Origin: a virus
Lineage: Duplodnaviria > Caudoviricetes
Strand: one strand, 5' to 3'
DNA: 63,746 nt
IMG/VR virus record: IMGVR_UViG_3300007734_000746
Location: 1-63,746 of that record
The notes beneath the pieces were generated by a model. The model was not told the DNA's origin. It worked only from the letters and a program-made list of their open reading frames with translations, and searched no databases. Positions 8,926-18,824 of the stretch are shown piece after piece. Numbering within the stretch: position 1 is the first letter of the stretch; every line of letters begins with the position of its first letter. The translations under genes were made by a program, and so were the position numbers.

Positions 8926-9837
8926 TTAGGACGCGCCGGGAGAACCGTACATGCCCAGAGGGTCAGACCAGCCGAAGCTGTAACGCTCACGAGCTTTATA
9001 ACGGACGTTGCCGGTATCAAAGTCACCGTCCATGCCGGTAGACAGAGGCGTACGAACAAAGTGCTTCATGCCGTTAGGAACATCGGTAGTCAGATACCAA
9101 CCGTTCGTATCGGTCAAGAAGTGGTTGATCGTGTAGCCACCAGGGATCGAACCGTTGTTCTTCAAAGCGTTGACATCATTGTCAGTGGTGCCGACGCGGA
9201 GTTCGGTTTCCAACAGACGGGTGGCAACGAATTGCAGAGTAGGCGGAACAATCAGCTTCTTGGGCTTGGCAGCAATCAACAGACCGCGCTCATCCGTCCA
9301 CAAGGAGATTTGAATAACTGCGTTTTCCAACGAAGTCTCATTCAAGTCAGCTGCGGTAGAAGGAACGTTGCTGTTGGTTCCACCAGACACCAGCGGGTGA
9401 GCGCTGTTGAACAACGATACGCCGTCGCCGCCGGGATAGGCAGACGAGAAGCCGTTATTCAGCACAGCAGCAGCTTTAACCTGCTTGGTGTACGCCATAG
9501 CACGAGCCAAGCCTTTGGTATAACGAGCGGACAAGCTGTCATACAGGTTGTCTTCAATTGCCTCTTCCGTCAGGGAGAAGCCCAAAGCAATGGTTTCGTG
9601 GTTGTAGCGGGCGGTCCAAGCTTCTTGAGCATTGTCATAAGCGATGGCAGAGCCTTCGTTTTTGACCGGTGCAGCGGAGAAGCCAGACAGTTTTGTTTCC
9701 TCTTCAAAAGAACGCTCAGAAGTCTCGGTTTCGTAGATTTCTTCATGTTCTTGATCGTAGGTTTTGTACTGTAGACCAAACAAGGCATTCAGCCCTGGGA
9801 GCAACTCTTTAAGTAGTTGTGCGCGTGAAATAGCCAT
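8926..9837 (-). CDS. Major capsid protein (HK97 fold, often annotated Mu gpT-like)
   Basis: MAISRAQLLKELLPGLNALFG..DFDTGNVRYKARERYSFGWSDPLG; position after scaffold. Confidence 0.9.
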   Translation of the reverse strand: MAISRAQLLKELLPGLNALFGLQYKTYDQEHEEIYETETSERSFEEETKLSGFSAAPVKNEGSAIAYDNAQEAWTARYNHETIALGFSLTEEAIEDNLYDSLSARYTKGLARAMAYTKQVKAAAVLNNGFSSAYPGGDGVSLFNSAHPLVSGGTNSNVPSTAADLNETSLENAVIQISLWTDERGLLIAAKPKKLIVPPTLQFVATRLLETELRVGTTDNDVNALKNNGSIPGGYTINHFLTDTNGWYLTTDVPNGMKHFVRTPLSTGMDGDFDTGNVRYKARERYSFGWSDPLGMYGSPGAS

Positions 9838-9850
9838 TTTGAGTTACTCC

Positions 9851-10675
9851 TTAAGCAACGTAGTAACGATGAGCGCCAAAGTTGAACTTAACCAACACTT
9901 CAGGGCTTTGAACCAACACAACGGTGCCAGCAACTTGGGTCGTAACCGCAGTCACAGTCAGGGTCGTGCTACCAGTGGTAGTTACAGTCGATGCAGCACT
10001 CAGCGTAGCGCCAGTGAATTGCAATTGACCATTTACCAAGTTAAACACATCAGTGCCGATAGGCAGAACTTGTCCAACAGTCAGGCCAGACACAACAACC
10101 GAAGTTGCCGCAGGAGCGCCACCAGACACATAGGTCGAGGAGGTGCTGATTTGGGTGTCAGGAACCAGATTGAGAACACGGAAGCCGCCGCCAGAAGTCG
10201 TAGCCGAAGCATTGACAACTGCGCCTGCACTGTTACCAGTGGAAGCAGAACCGGTCAGAGTATTACCAGCCATGTTTTGACCAACCAGAATTGACGAAGC
10301 CGATCCAATGGTAGTAGCAGAAGCGCCAGTAGTAACTGCGACTCGCATAACTTGGTCTGGATCATCGCCAACAATAGCAGTAATGTCACCAGCCAGCACA
10401 TTGCCGGGGTAATACTGGGCAAATTGACGTTGCTTGGTGGTTGGGTTGGTGTAATAGCAGCCCAGGAACACGCCAACAGTGGTGTTGGTGGTGCTAACAG
10501 GGTAAGTTGCAATTACAACATAACCAGCCGAAAGGGTGACTAGGTCACCGTAGTACAAGGCGGTACCGTAGTTGTACTGGACCGGTAGATTCCGGGTAGA
10601 TCCAGCAAACACCTGACCGCCGATCAGGTTTACGGGTTTGTAACCGTAAGCTGCCGAGACAGTTGGATAAGCCAT
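9851..10675 (-). CDS. Minor capsid/cement protein
   Basis: 274 aa, YGYKPV..GVFLGC.Y..DDPD; immediately upstream of the MCP. Confidence 0.6.
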   Translation of the reverse strand: MAYPTVSAAYGYKPVNLIGGQVFAGSTRNLPVQYNYGTALYYGDLVTLSAGYVVIATYPVSTTNTTVGVFLGCYYTNPTTKQRQFAQYYPGNVLAGDITAIVGDDPDQVMRVAVTTGASATTIGSASSILVGQNMAGNTLTGSASTGNSAGAVVNASATTSGGGFRVLNLVPDTQISTSSTYVSGGAPAATSVVVSGLTVGQVLPIGTDVFNLVNGQLQFTGATLSAASTVTTTGSTTLTVTAVTTQVAGTVVLVQSPEVLVKFNFGAHRYYVA

Positions 10676-10693
10676 TTAAGGACTCCTAAAAAA

Positions 10694-11143
10694 TTAAATA
10701 CCTTTTCCAAAGCTACTCGTAGACTTACTCTCCCTAAAGAGAGGCATCCGCGCATCGCTTTGACGCATAAGAGTATTGTCCACAGCCTCCATTTGAGCAA
10801 CATTTTGTTTTGCAAAGTAAGAATTACGTTGGTCAACAAGTTCCTCTGGAGTCTTGCAAAGCAATAATCCGCCAATCTCAATGTTGTCTTTGTATTGACT
10901 TGTTGGATCAGCTAACAGTCTAAATTTGGGTTGTTCTTCAATTGGAACAGGCTCCCAATGCTCGCGGAGTTTGGCCGAGAGATTGCGGGGGTCTGCTTTG
11001 TTCAAAGTTGAAACACGCACCCAACGATATTTGTACCCAGGTTGCTTGTCTGGTTCAGGAAGTAGTTCTGCTGGTGCCCACTGCTTAGGGCGCTCAGTCA
11101 TCAATCGTTCCTCAAGCTCACGCGGTTTTCTGTTTTCAGCCAT
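10694..11143 (-). CDS. Conserved head-assembly protein
   Basis: Start MAENRK at 11143; YRWVRVS..N.SAKLRE.WEPV..IGGLLLCKTP. Confidence 0.65.
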   Translation of the reverse strand: MAENRKPRELEERLMTERPKQWAPAELLPEPDKQPGYKYRWVRVSTLNKADPRNLSAKLREHWEPVPIEEQPKFRLLADPTSQYKDNIEIGGLLLCKTPEELVDQRNSYFAKQNVAQMEAVDNTLMRQSDARMPLFRESKSTSSFGKGI

Positions 11144-12062
11144 TTGAGGCCTCCAATTTGATTTTTTCCGCAGCAAATTGCTCCGGTGTTAAGTTAAATT
11201 TCTTTGCCAAATTAAGTTCACCAGTGGTTAACTTAACTCGTTTTGCGGACGTTGTCCGTGTAGCTGGTGCTACCACCAAGCTTTTCCGGCTGGGCCGGTC
11301 ATCTTGTTCCTCTGCATTCTCAAATTTCTCTGGGAACCGCTTGCGGATTGTGTTATTTAAACGGGAGTAATACTCCGGCGACGAAATTCTAACCCCTTCG
11401 CGTCGCATCTTCTCGTGAAGACCCAAAGCCAAACTGGTCATCTCTTCATCTTCCCCAAACCAAGGATTATCTTGTTGCCAAGCAACCGCTGACGGATCTT
11501 TTGGAGCCGCCTGGACACGGGGTTGGGGCGTTTGTACCACATTTTCTTCAACTTCTTCGACCGGAGGACGGAAATTTCTTACTTTATCAACCTTTAATGT
11601 TGCCTCTGTAAGACGCTCCTGGGCCTCCATTACCTTATCAGTATCGCCCGAATCATAGGCTTCCCTATAGGCTTTCTTGGCCTGCTCCAGCTCCATTTCC
11701 ACGGTCTTGGTGACAGACAAAAGCACATTTTTTTCGCTGCTGGACAAGTTGGATTTGAGCCTTTTGTTCTCATCCATCAGTCGTTTAGCAAACTCAATGG
11801 CTTCATTTTGCTCACGCAAAGCCGCTTCTTTTTCCCTGCGCTCGTCATGCGCAAGTTTCTTCATTTGAAGAAGTTTCTTTTTGACTTTTGTAGAGTAATC
11901 CTCTAGCTCGTCGTTATAAAGTTCTTCCTTAATCTTTTCAGGAAGCGGTGCTTTATTGCGATCTTCAGGAGGTGTTTTATCCTCTACCTCAACGATGATT
12001 TCATCATCAAGCTCATCATCCTTTGGATCATCAATTTCATCTGGGAATTTAAAATCAGACAT
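11136..12062 (-). CDS. Scaffolding protein
   Basis: Acidic coiled coil, W..DNPWFG motif, located between portal and MCP. Confidence 0.75.
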   Translation of the reverse strand: MSDFKFPDEIDDPKDDELDDEIIVEVEDKTPPEDRNKAPLPEKIKEELYNDELEDYSTKVKKKLLQMKKLAHDERREKEAALREQNEAIEFAKRLMDENKRLKSNLSSSEKNVLLSVTKTVEMELEQAKKAYREAYDSGDTDKVMEAQERLTEATLKVDKVRNFRPPVEEVEENVVQTPQPRVQAAPKDPSAVAWQQDNPWFGEDEEMTSLALGLHEKMRREGVRISSPEYYSRLNNTIRKRFPEKFENAEEQDDRPSRKSLVVAPATRTTSAKRVKLTTGELNLAKKFNLTPEQFAAEKIKLEASNG

Positions 12063-12071
12063 ATTTGCTCC

Positions 12072-12491
12072 TTATTTGCGGCGGATACCGCGTGGATCTT
12101 CAACCACACCCTCAACGGAGTCATCGTTAATTACACGAAACTCTTTGCCGTGGATGATTAGTCGGGTTCCTGCATGTGGCCTAACCAAAATAAAATCGCC
12201 TGCTTTGCAATATGGTCCAGACGGGAAACGAGTTGTGTCTTTATAACAATCGGGTCCCAGGTCCACAACAAACAATACTGTGGTTAATAGCTCTTCGTTA
12301 CGAATTGCTTCATCAGACTTGATAAGCCCAATTTCGCTTTCGTATTCTTTTTCCACTTCTGGAATTGCGCACAAAATGCGGTAACCAGACGGCTTTGGTA
12401 GCTGCTTGGCTTTTTGTTCTGCGGGTTTGTTCAGTATCTGAGACAAATCCACAGCTTTAACTAGGTCTACGTTTCCTTCACTCATCGTCAT
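12072..12491 (-). CDS. groES: GroES-like co-chaperonin
   Basis: P.GYRIL..GPDCY..GDFIL..GTR..GKEFRVINDDSVEGVV. Confidence 0.85.
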   Translation of the reverse strand: MTMSEGNVDLVKAVDLSQILNKPAEQKAKQLPKPSGYRILCAIPEVEKEYESEIGLIKSDEAIRNEELLTTVLFVVDLGPDCYKDTTRFPSGPYCKAGDFILVRPHAGTRLIIHGKEFRVINDDSVEGVVEDPRGIRRK

Positions 12492-12675
12492 GTGTTTTCA
12501 ATCTTTCCTGTAGGTCTGAAATAAATAAACGCGCAGTGAGCAGACCTTTAACCTCGCCACACGCCTTCTTGTACTCCGCATAATCTCCAGCGTTGCCATC
12601 CGCTAGAAACTCTTGGAGTTGGGATACTTTGTCATCTATTTTTTTTGATAGATGTTCTAGATACTTATCAATCAT
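12478..12675 (-). CDS. Conserved small helical protein
   Basis: 65 aa, DYAEYK..CG.VKGL; between portal and groES. Confidence 0.7.
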   Translation of the reverse strand: MIDKYLEHLSKKIDDKVSQLQEFLADGNAGDYAEYKKACGEVKGLLTARLFISDLQERLKTHDDE

Positions 12676-15083
12676 TGTTTAGGTCCAACAAGGGTGCTTA
12701 ATATACGCTGGCGCTCAAGTTCATTATGAGCATCCAGTTCTTTTTGTGATTTAACAAAATCAGTTTGAATCCTGGTCATGTCAATTTGTTTTTGCGTTTG
12801 GATTCGGTCACGCTCAATTTGCTGCTGTGCTGCTTTTAGCTGAGCATCAACCTGATCTTTCTGTTGTTTTCGCTGTTGCTCTGCGCCCTTGATCTGAAGC
12901 TCTTGTTGCTGAATTTGCACAAGTGGGTCTTGGGCCATTTGCTGAGCTTGCTGCTGTTGATCTTGTGCAGTGTTGGCCTGAAGGACCTGGGCACTTGCCT
13001 GAGCAACCAGCCGAGAAAGTTGCACTTCAACATCCTCTGGCAGATGCTCATTGGGTGGCGGCAATGGGACGCCCATCTGCTTTTCAATCATTGTGCGATA
13101 GTAAAAGCCAAGGTGGTCTGCAATGTGCGACTGCAAAGCCGCCATGATCATTCCGGCCTGCGGGTTCTGGCCAATTGTCTTCATCACAAGAGGATCTTGC
13201 ATGAACATTTGGTGCGCTGCAATATGAGCTTGCTGGTCCTGCGTGATAAACGCCTTGAGCGGTTTTCCATTCAAAGCATTCATGTTCTCGCTAATTGGGT
13301 CCAAAGGCATTTCATCATCAGGCAAGGGAACCAGCTTCTCAGGGTTCTTAATACCCAACACATCTAGCATCTGGCGGTGCAGTTGTGGCAAGTCATAAAT
13401 CTGAGGGGCTTGTTGAGCCAATTGGATGACGGCCTGGTACTGAACGATTTTTTGCGCCATCGTTGCAGCGTTAGGGTCCGATACAGGGATGACGGCCACT
13501 AGGTCATAGTCAGACTTCTTGGCTTTGGGCGATCCTTCTTCTGGCTCGTAGCTGTATTCATCAGGCGTGTAATCACGAATGATGTCACGCAACAAAATTA
13601 GCTCTTGCTTAAAGGAGTAATGGATGCGCGCCTGGACGGCAGTCATTACTTTAAGCGTGCGCTCAAGAATGGCCAACGTAGTACCAACGGGAGAGTTGGC
13701 CGACATATCTGCAACTTGAATATCAGCAGCAGACGCAAACTTTCGGCCCTCATCTACGATTTTGTCAAGGAGCATTGCCAGCACTTGGCTTGGTTCCTTA
13801 TAGGGAAGAGCCATAATGTTCTCAGCAATAGTCCCGCTGGGTACGTCAACATCTCTCCACTCGGCTGGTCCGATGGGTGTATCGTCGCCTTTGACACGAA
13901 GACCGCGTGTTTTGAAGCCTCCGGGGAGATTTGCAAGAGTGCCAGCGTCTACCAACTGGCGAAGGATGGAAGTTCCCGACTTGGCAAACGCGCCAACAAG
14001 GTGAATTAGTCCAAAACAGTAGAAACCAAAGCCAGGAACGTAGCCGTAATGGACAAAATGCTGGCGTTTGGACTTAAGTTTGTCGCCTTTATCCCAGTTT
14101 CGTCGGATTGCCAGGCATTTATTGCTGCCTTTTTCAATCGTGACAATATAAGGCAGTGCAATTCCTGTTGGTTCGCCGTGTTTATCGGTATCTTCAAACC
14201 CTTTCAGGTCCAAATTGACGTTCATCTCAAGGATTTTGTAGCGATCATCCGTCTGGGCGCGAAATCCCATCTTCTCGGCTATCTTTTTCTCTACTTCATC
14301 CAACGTATTGTTGGGTTCGCCCAGGTCAACGTCAGCATAAAAGCCGGCAACCTGTAGTTTGCGCAGTTCATTTTCTGTTTTACGCATGATGTGCGTAATG
14401 CGGGGAGAAGTTTCCAGGTCTGATGCGCCGTATGGAACAACAAGGTCTTCAGCCGTAACAAAAATAGACGTCTGGCGATCCAGGCTGGGGTCAAAATAGA
14501 CCTTCTTAAACGCATTACCGGCCAGTCCCAAGCCCCACAACATGCGCTCATGCTCAGGACGGAACTCTGTCATCACATCCGTCAGCTCATAATTCATATC
14601 AGCGGCCACACGAGTAGCGGCCTGCTTCTTCTCAGGGGTTTCTTTGCCAATAATTTGAGTCTTCACCGGGCCTGCTGCCGGAAAAGTACTCATCATTATC
14701 TCGGCTTGGAACTTAACTACCGCCTCAGATAACAGAGGATGGTATACGCCACACGCCCCAATCCAAGGATCAGCGCGCTCCTCAATCTTCATTCCCAGAA
14801 GTTCAAGGCCATCGACGTAAGTCTGCATCCAGTCTTTACGAGAGTTAATGTCGTCATCAAAATCGCTAAGCAGATCGCTGACCAACTCAGTAACAACATC
14901 GTCAGGAAGATGCTCAACAAGGTTAGCCTCAAAGTCATCCTCAACGCTCCCAATCTGAATTTCAATACCGTCTGTTTTAATGCTTACAGACTCAGGATCT
15001 TCAATCTCAATCTCAATGTCCGGCTCTGGAGCTAGTGACTCAATGCCTTGAGGGGCGGCGTATAGTGATTTTTCAATGGACAT
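12672..15083 (-). CDS. Portal protein (P22-like, Gln-rich C-terminal barrel)
   Basis: 803 aa following terL; Q-rich coiled C-terminus. Confidence 0.85.
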   Translation of the reverse strand: MSIEKSLYAAPQGIESLAPEPDIEIEIEDPESVSIKTDGIEIQIGSVEDDFEANLVEHLPDDVVTELVSDLLSDFDDDINSRKDWMQTYVDGLELLGMKIEERADPWIGACGVYHPLLSEAVVKFQAEIMMSTFPAAGPVKTQIIGKETPEKKQAATRVAADMNYELTDVMTEFRPEHERMLWGLGLAGNAFKKVYFDPSLDRQTSIFVTAEDLVVPYGASDLETSPRITHIMRKTENELRKLQVAGFYADVDLGEPNNTLDEVEKKIAEKMGFRAQTDDRYKILEMNVNLDLKGFEDTDKHGEPTGIALPYIVTIEKGSNKCLAIRRNWDKGDKLKSKRQHFVHYGYVPGFGFYCFGLIHLVGAFAKSGTSILRQLVDAGTLANLPGGFKTRGLRVKGDDTPIGPAEWRDVDVPSGTIAENIMALPYKEPSQVLAMLLDKIVDEGRKFASAADIQVADMSANSPVGTTLAILERTLKVMTAVQARIHYSFKQELILLRDIIRDYTPDEYSYEPEEGSPKAKKSDYDLVAVIPVSDPNAATMAQKIVQYQAVIQLAQQAPQIYDLPQLHRQMLDVLGIKNPEKLVPLPDDEMPLDPISENMNALNGKPLKAFITQDQQAHIAAHQMFMQDPLVMKTIGQNPQAGMIMAALQSHIADHLGFYYRTMIEKQMGVPLPPPNEHLPEDVEVQLSRLVAQASAQVLQANTAQDQQQQAQQMAQDPLVQIQQQELQIKGAEQQRKQQKDQVDAQLKAAQQQIERDRIQTQKQIDMTRIQTDFVKSQKELDAHNELERQRILSTLVGPKQ

Positions 15084-15091
15084 ATAAATCC

Positions 15092-16591
15092 TTAGTAATA
15101 AGATACCTTGCGCCTAAACGCACGAAGTTCGTCTTGCTCATCTGTCTGCAAACGAATAAAGCCGCCTTTTCTGAACCTGATTAATGCCTGGGTGGCGGAG
15201 TCAACCAAGTCATCATTCTCTGAATTAGGGAAAGCAGCCATTTCTTCTATTAGCTCGTCGGCCCACCTTGTAGCAGGAGCCCAGACCTTTCCACTTGCAA
15301 ACAGATCAGATACAGAGTTAATCCTCACCATCTTATCATTACCCCTGCTGGGCGTAAACTCTTGTACCGGTATGCCCATCGCCCGCAATTCAAAAATAAG
15401 CGGCGCTCCCGACGCTTTTGCCTCTACGATAAACGCATCTGGCTCCCACTGTTTATAGTGGTTAAAGGCTTTTTCCTTCAATTCTGGAAACTCCATCCGG
15501 CGTTTAAAAGAATCCAGCAAAATAATATTTGCGTCGTTGGGGTTTTCATTTATATAGAAAACACCCCAGGTAGTACATGCAGAGTAGTCGGACCGCTCTG
15601 TCTTTAAGAATGCCGTATCCCAGCTTTGGATAATGAACTCGCACCTGGGTGGGTCTTCGCTCTTCCACTCCTTCCACCACTCGCGCTTAACAATTGCCCC
15701 TTGTTCAGAGGTGGGGCTTTGCTGATACTGGGCGTTCCATTTTGCGACTGGCAGTTCTGAGCGTAGCGCCTCTAGCTCCTCTAAGCTCCAGAATTCAGGC
15801 CATAAAGGTTTTTCACTAGGCAAGATGGCGGGGAAGTCGATTACCTCCCACTCGTCGTTCCCATCTTTCTCAATAGATGATTGGAGAATCCTGCCTGTAA
15901 GATCTCTTTTTGCCCAGCGAGTCATTACCACTACTATGGACCCCCCTGGCTGAAGACGTTGGCGCGGGCCAGATGTGTACCACTCGTAGACTTTATCAAA
16001 GACAGAAGGATCACCAGCCGCTAGGGCAGCTTCTTGCTCGGAATGTGGGTCATCAATAATAAGCAGGTCCGCGCCCTTACCGGTCACAGTTCCCCCAACG
16101 CCAATAGCAAAATACTCCCCATCCTTATTAGTAGACCACCGCCCCGCAGCCTTACTGTCCTGGCGCAAATTCACATTAGGAAAGATCTTGGCGTACTGCT
16201 CACTACCTACAAGGTTCCTTACCTTACGGCCAAACCCAACAGCAAGCTCAGCCGTATTAGATGTCTGGATGATCTTCTTATTAGGGTACTTCCCCAGGAA
16301 CCAAGCCGGTAGCATGTAGCTGGCAAATTCTGACTTTGTGTGCCGGGGAGGCATGTTAATGATCAGCCTCTTAATCTTCCCAGACGCAATTTCTTCAAAC
16401 TTCCTGGCCATCACCTTATGGTGCCGCCCGTCAATAAAGCCCGGCCACATCGTATGCACAAACTTTAAAAAGTTAGCCTGCGCCTCTTCCCTGGCCAAAG
16501 AAGCCCGGTACTCATCCAACTCATCAAAAAAAGCCTCCTGCTCATTAATAGGCAGGCGACCTATAGCCTCGCTGATAGCGTCAATATTCAT
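15092..16591 (-). CDS. terL: Terminase large subunit
   Basis: INMPPRHTKS (Walker A variant), LLIIDDP (Walker B), QSWDTA, DDLVDS nuclease motifs. Confidence 0.95.
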   Translation of the reverse strand: MNIDAISEAIGRLPINEQEAFFDELDEYRASLAREEAQANFLKFVHTMWPGFIDGRHHKVMARKFEEIASGKIKRLIINMPPRHTKSEFASYMLPAWFLGKYPNKKIIQTSNTAELAVGFGRKVRNLVGSEQYAKIFPNVNLRQDSKAAGRWSTNKDGEYFAIGVGGTVTGKGADLLIIDDPHSEQEAALAAGDPSVFDKVYEWYTSGPRQRLQPGGSIVVVMTRWAKRDLTGRILQSSIEKDGNDEWEVIDFPAILPSEKPLWPEFWSLEELEALRSELPVAKWNAQYQQSPTSEQGAIVKREWWKEWKSEDPPRCEFIIQSWDTAFLKTERSDYSACTTWGVFYINENPNDANIILLDSFKRRMEFPELKEKAFNHYKQWEPDAFIVEAKASGAPLIFELRAMGIPVQEFTPSRGNDKMVRINSVSDLFASGKVWAPATRWADELIEEMAAFPNSENDDLVDSATQALIRFRKGGFIRLQTDEQDELRAFRRKVSYY

Positions 16592-16857
16592 ATATTGCGC
16601 ATAGACAGGTAACTTGGCCGAACACTACGGGCGCTCTTACTCACCCGCTTACATATCCCTAAATCACAAAGCTTCTTAACCACCCTGTGAACATTACCGC
16701 GCCCCTTATCCCCAGTCTGGTACATGATGTCATCTATCGACGGCCCATACCCAAAGTTTTTCCAATACTCATCTATCACAAGAAAAACCGTCCTCTGCTT
16801 CTCCGTCATAAGGTACTCCCTATTCCTCACTACATATGGCTCTTTAGGATACAACAA
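16588..16857 (-). CDS. LexA-type winged-HTH DNA-binding protein lacking the protease domain
   Basis: TEKQ..V..I..Y...GYGPSIDDI....G.....VHRVVKKL..LG...R....ARS; start is TTG 16857 or ATG 16809. Confidence 0.75.
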   Translation of the reverse strand: MLYPKEPYVVRNREYLMTEKQRTVFLVIDEYWKNFGYGPSIDDIMYQTGDKGRGNVHRVVKKLCDLGICKRVSKSARSVRPSYLSMRNI

Positions 16858-16904
16858 CTTTAACTCCTGTTAATGTTTATCTAACTTTAACATCTGTTAA
16901 TGTT
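16856..16904. promoter_or_regulatory. Two tandem 22-bp palindromic operator-like sites
   Basis: AACTTTAAC-TCCT-GTTAATGTT (16856-16877) and AACTTTAAC-ATCT-GTTAATGTT (16883-16904). Confidence 0.75.
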
Positions 16905-16956
16905 CCTTAAAAAATATATACCCCCCACCCTTTTTTGTACAAAAACACAAGGGGGG

Positions 16957-17775
16957 CTATTTGTCAAAATCATCCACTATCTCTGATTCTGTTAATGTTG
17001 AGGGGTGGCCCTGTTTTGACTCTGATCGTTTGAGTTCTATTGATGATCGTTTGAGTGGAATAGTATGTGTACGCGCAGCCCCGACGCCCACGCCCGAATG
17101 CGGGGGTGCCCCCTCGGTGGGGTCGCTGGTGGCGTCGTCGTTGGCCGGTGGCTGGGTTTCCGGCTCTGTCTGTCCGGCAGCTGGCGAGCTGGGAGCCTGG
17201 GCGCCGCGTATCTCGGCCAGTAAATCTAGTGCATCATCCGGCTTAACTTCGGTGGCGTCTACCGCTATGGTCTGGAGCCTGGACAATAGGCGCGTGCGTA
17301 TATCTTCGGACCGGCTAACAGTCGTTATCTCTTTTCGCTCCACGAACGCGCCCACTTCGAATAGGCTACCCAGTAGCTTGAGACATTGGACGCGGGACGC
17401 TGGGGGAAAATCATCATCTAGCGAGTGCTGGACCAGCTGCTGCACTAACAAAGCCTTCAATTGTGCAGGGGTTCGGTGTTTCTCCGCCTCTATTGCCAGC
17501 TTATAAGCCTCTATCTCACGCTTTACCCTAGCATCCGCTGCTAGCTTATATGGTGCCGTCACTATCGTGCTGGGTGCTGGGTTGGCGTTGTATACATCCC
17601 TATACGCTTTAGCCTTACTAGTACCCATCGCTACCGACTCTGCGAATTTACGCTGCTTAGTGGTCAATGCGGGTTTTTTCCCTGCGCCGCTGCTCAGTAG
17701 TGACTCTATGGGGATTGTGTCCAACCCCTGCCGGATTTGCGCCCTTGTTAGTTTCTGTGTGGACTGTCTTGCCAT
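16957..17775 (-). CDS. terS: Terminase small subunit
   Basis: LTTKQRKFA....G.S...AYRDVY HTH; ..LKLLG..; upstream of terL; low-complexity C-terminal tail. Confidence 0.75.
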   Translation of the reverse strand: MARQSTQKLTRAQIRQGLDTIPIESLLSSGAGKKPALTTKQRKFAESVAMGTSKAKAYRDVYNANPAPSTIVTAPYKLAADARVKREIEAYKLAIEAEKHRTPAQLKALLVQQLVQHSLDDDFPPASRVQCLKLLGSLFEVGAFVERKEITTVSRSEDIRTRLLSRLQTIAVDATEVKPDDALDLLAEIRGAQAPSSPAAGQTEPETQPPANDDATSDPTEGAPPHSGVGVGAARTHTIPLKRSSIELKRSESKQGHPSTLTESEIVDDFDK

Positions 17776-17959
17776 TTTTGTTACTGCCTGTGCCTATTGT
17801 GACCATGCGGTATGAATGAAGAACGCGCCGACTGTATCACAACCTATGCGACCATGCAATAAACCACGCGGTAATGCTTTGTACTGGTAAGCCCAACAAT
17901 TGAACCGCCCAGGCTATTTTGTGACCGCCCGTAGAAGTCAATTCTGTATATTGTTCCCG

Positions 17960-17977
17960 TATAAAAACCCCTTGACA
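17960..17977 (+). promoter_or_regulatory. Possible early promoter (-35 box with A-rich upstream element)
   Basis: Perfect TTGACA at 17972-17977 before the first early gene; no clear -10 box at 17 nt spacing. Confidence 0.3.
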
Positions 17978-18047
17978 ACGTGTTATCAGACATGAGAGCA
18001 TAACGACTCGACTGTTTTATTGACCCGCTTACTTAGGAGCCCTCCCA

Positions 18048-18449
18048 GTGAAACCCTTATATCTAATTGCTTGCAGCGCTGCAAAGCTCGACCATGCGGC
18101 CCCAGCTGCCCAGCTATACACCGGCCAGGCTTTCAGGCTTGCAATGGCCGCAGCCGCCCGCGCTGATGCTGACGTTTTAATCCTTAGTGGCTTATATGGC
18201 CCCATATCTCCCGACGCCATCATTGAGCCCTATAACTGCGCCCTTTCAAAGCTCACTAGACGCGGACGCCTTACATGGGAAATTACAACCGCTGGGAAAC
18301 TGATGCAGCACCACGGCCGCGATATCGTTGTTCTAGCGGGTAAACACTACGCCGCCGCCCTAGCGGGTTTCCCTAACGTTTCCTATCCCCTTCACGGCCA
18401 GGGTATTGGCCGGCAACTCCAAACCCTGAAAGGTCTTACCCATGCTTAA
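18048..18449 (+). CDS. DUF6884-like (YaaA-related) protein
   Basis: LIACSAAK...APAAQLYTG..F..ILSGLYG..PY motif; family name from recall. Confidence 0.7.
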   Translation: MKPLYLIACSAAKLDHAAPAAQLYTGQAFRLAMAAAARADADVLILSGLYGPISPDAIIEPYNCALSKLTRRGRLTWEITTAGKLMQHHGRDIVVLAGKHYAAALAGFPNVSYPLHGQGIGRQLQTLKGLTHA

Positions 18450-18714
18450 AACAATGCCCGCCAAATTCGCCGGAACTTGCAGCCGGACCGGCCAGCGCAT
18501 CTCCCGCGGTCAAATGATTGTCTACAACACGGCCACCAAAACCGCCAGCCTATTAAATTTCGACGGGTTCGAGGGACGCCATAACGAAACCGGCGATTAC
18601 ATCCGGCCGGACTATGTAAGCCACGTTATCGACTTTGGCAGCGGGCGCCAGTACTACCGCAACAAAGCCGGACGCTGCGAAGATGCCCCATGTTGCGGAT
18701 GCTGCACGATATGA
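18442..18714 (+). CDS. Cys-rich early protein
   Basis: AKF.G.C..TG..I..G; C-terminal RN..GRCEDAPCCGCC. Confidence 0.7.
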   Translation: MLKTMPAKFAGTCSRTGQRISRGQMIVYNTATKTASLLNFDGFEGRHNETGDYIRPDYVSHVIDFGSGRQYYRNKAGRCEDAPCCGCCTI

Positions 18715-18824
18715 ACCGCGAACATTACCAGCAACGCAGCCGGACGCCGGACATTATCGGCGCCATAGTCGCCGCCCTTATTTGGACCATTGTTTTTTAT
18801 TTTTTTTGGAGCTTGCCCCTATGA
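18711..18824 (+). CDS. 37-aa membrane peptide
   Basis: MNREHYQQRSRTPDIIGAIVAALIWTIVFYFFWSLPL; ATGA-coupled at both ends. Confidence 0.5.
   Translation: MNREHYQQRSRTPDIIGAIVAALIWTIVFYFFWSLPL

Noticed and set aside
12072-12491. GroES without GroEL as a novelty
   Set aside because: Common in aquatic phages, where it assists capsid folding with host GroEL
16856-16904. Canonical SOS box (CTGT-N8-ACAG)
   Set aside because: CTGT is present but no ACAG follows at the required spacing; the motif is a different palindrome
222-17815. Many plus-strand ORFs over the structural genes (e.g. 9061-9774, 1412-1993)
   Set aside because: Antisense shadows of well-supported minus-strand genes
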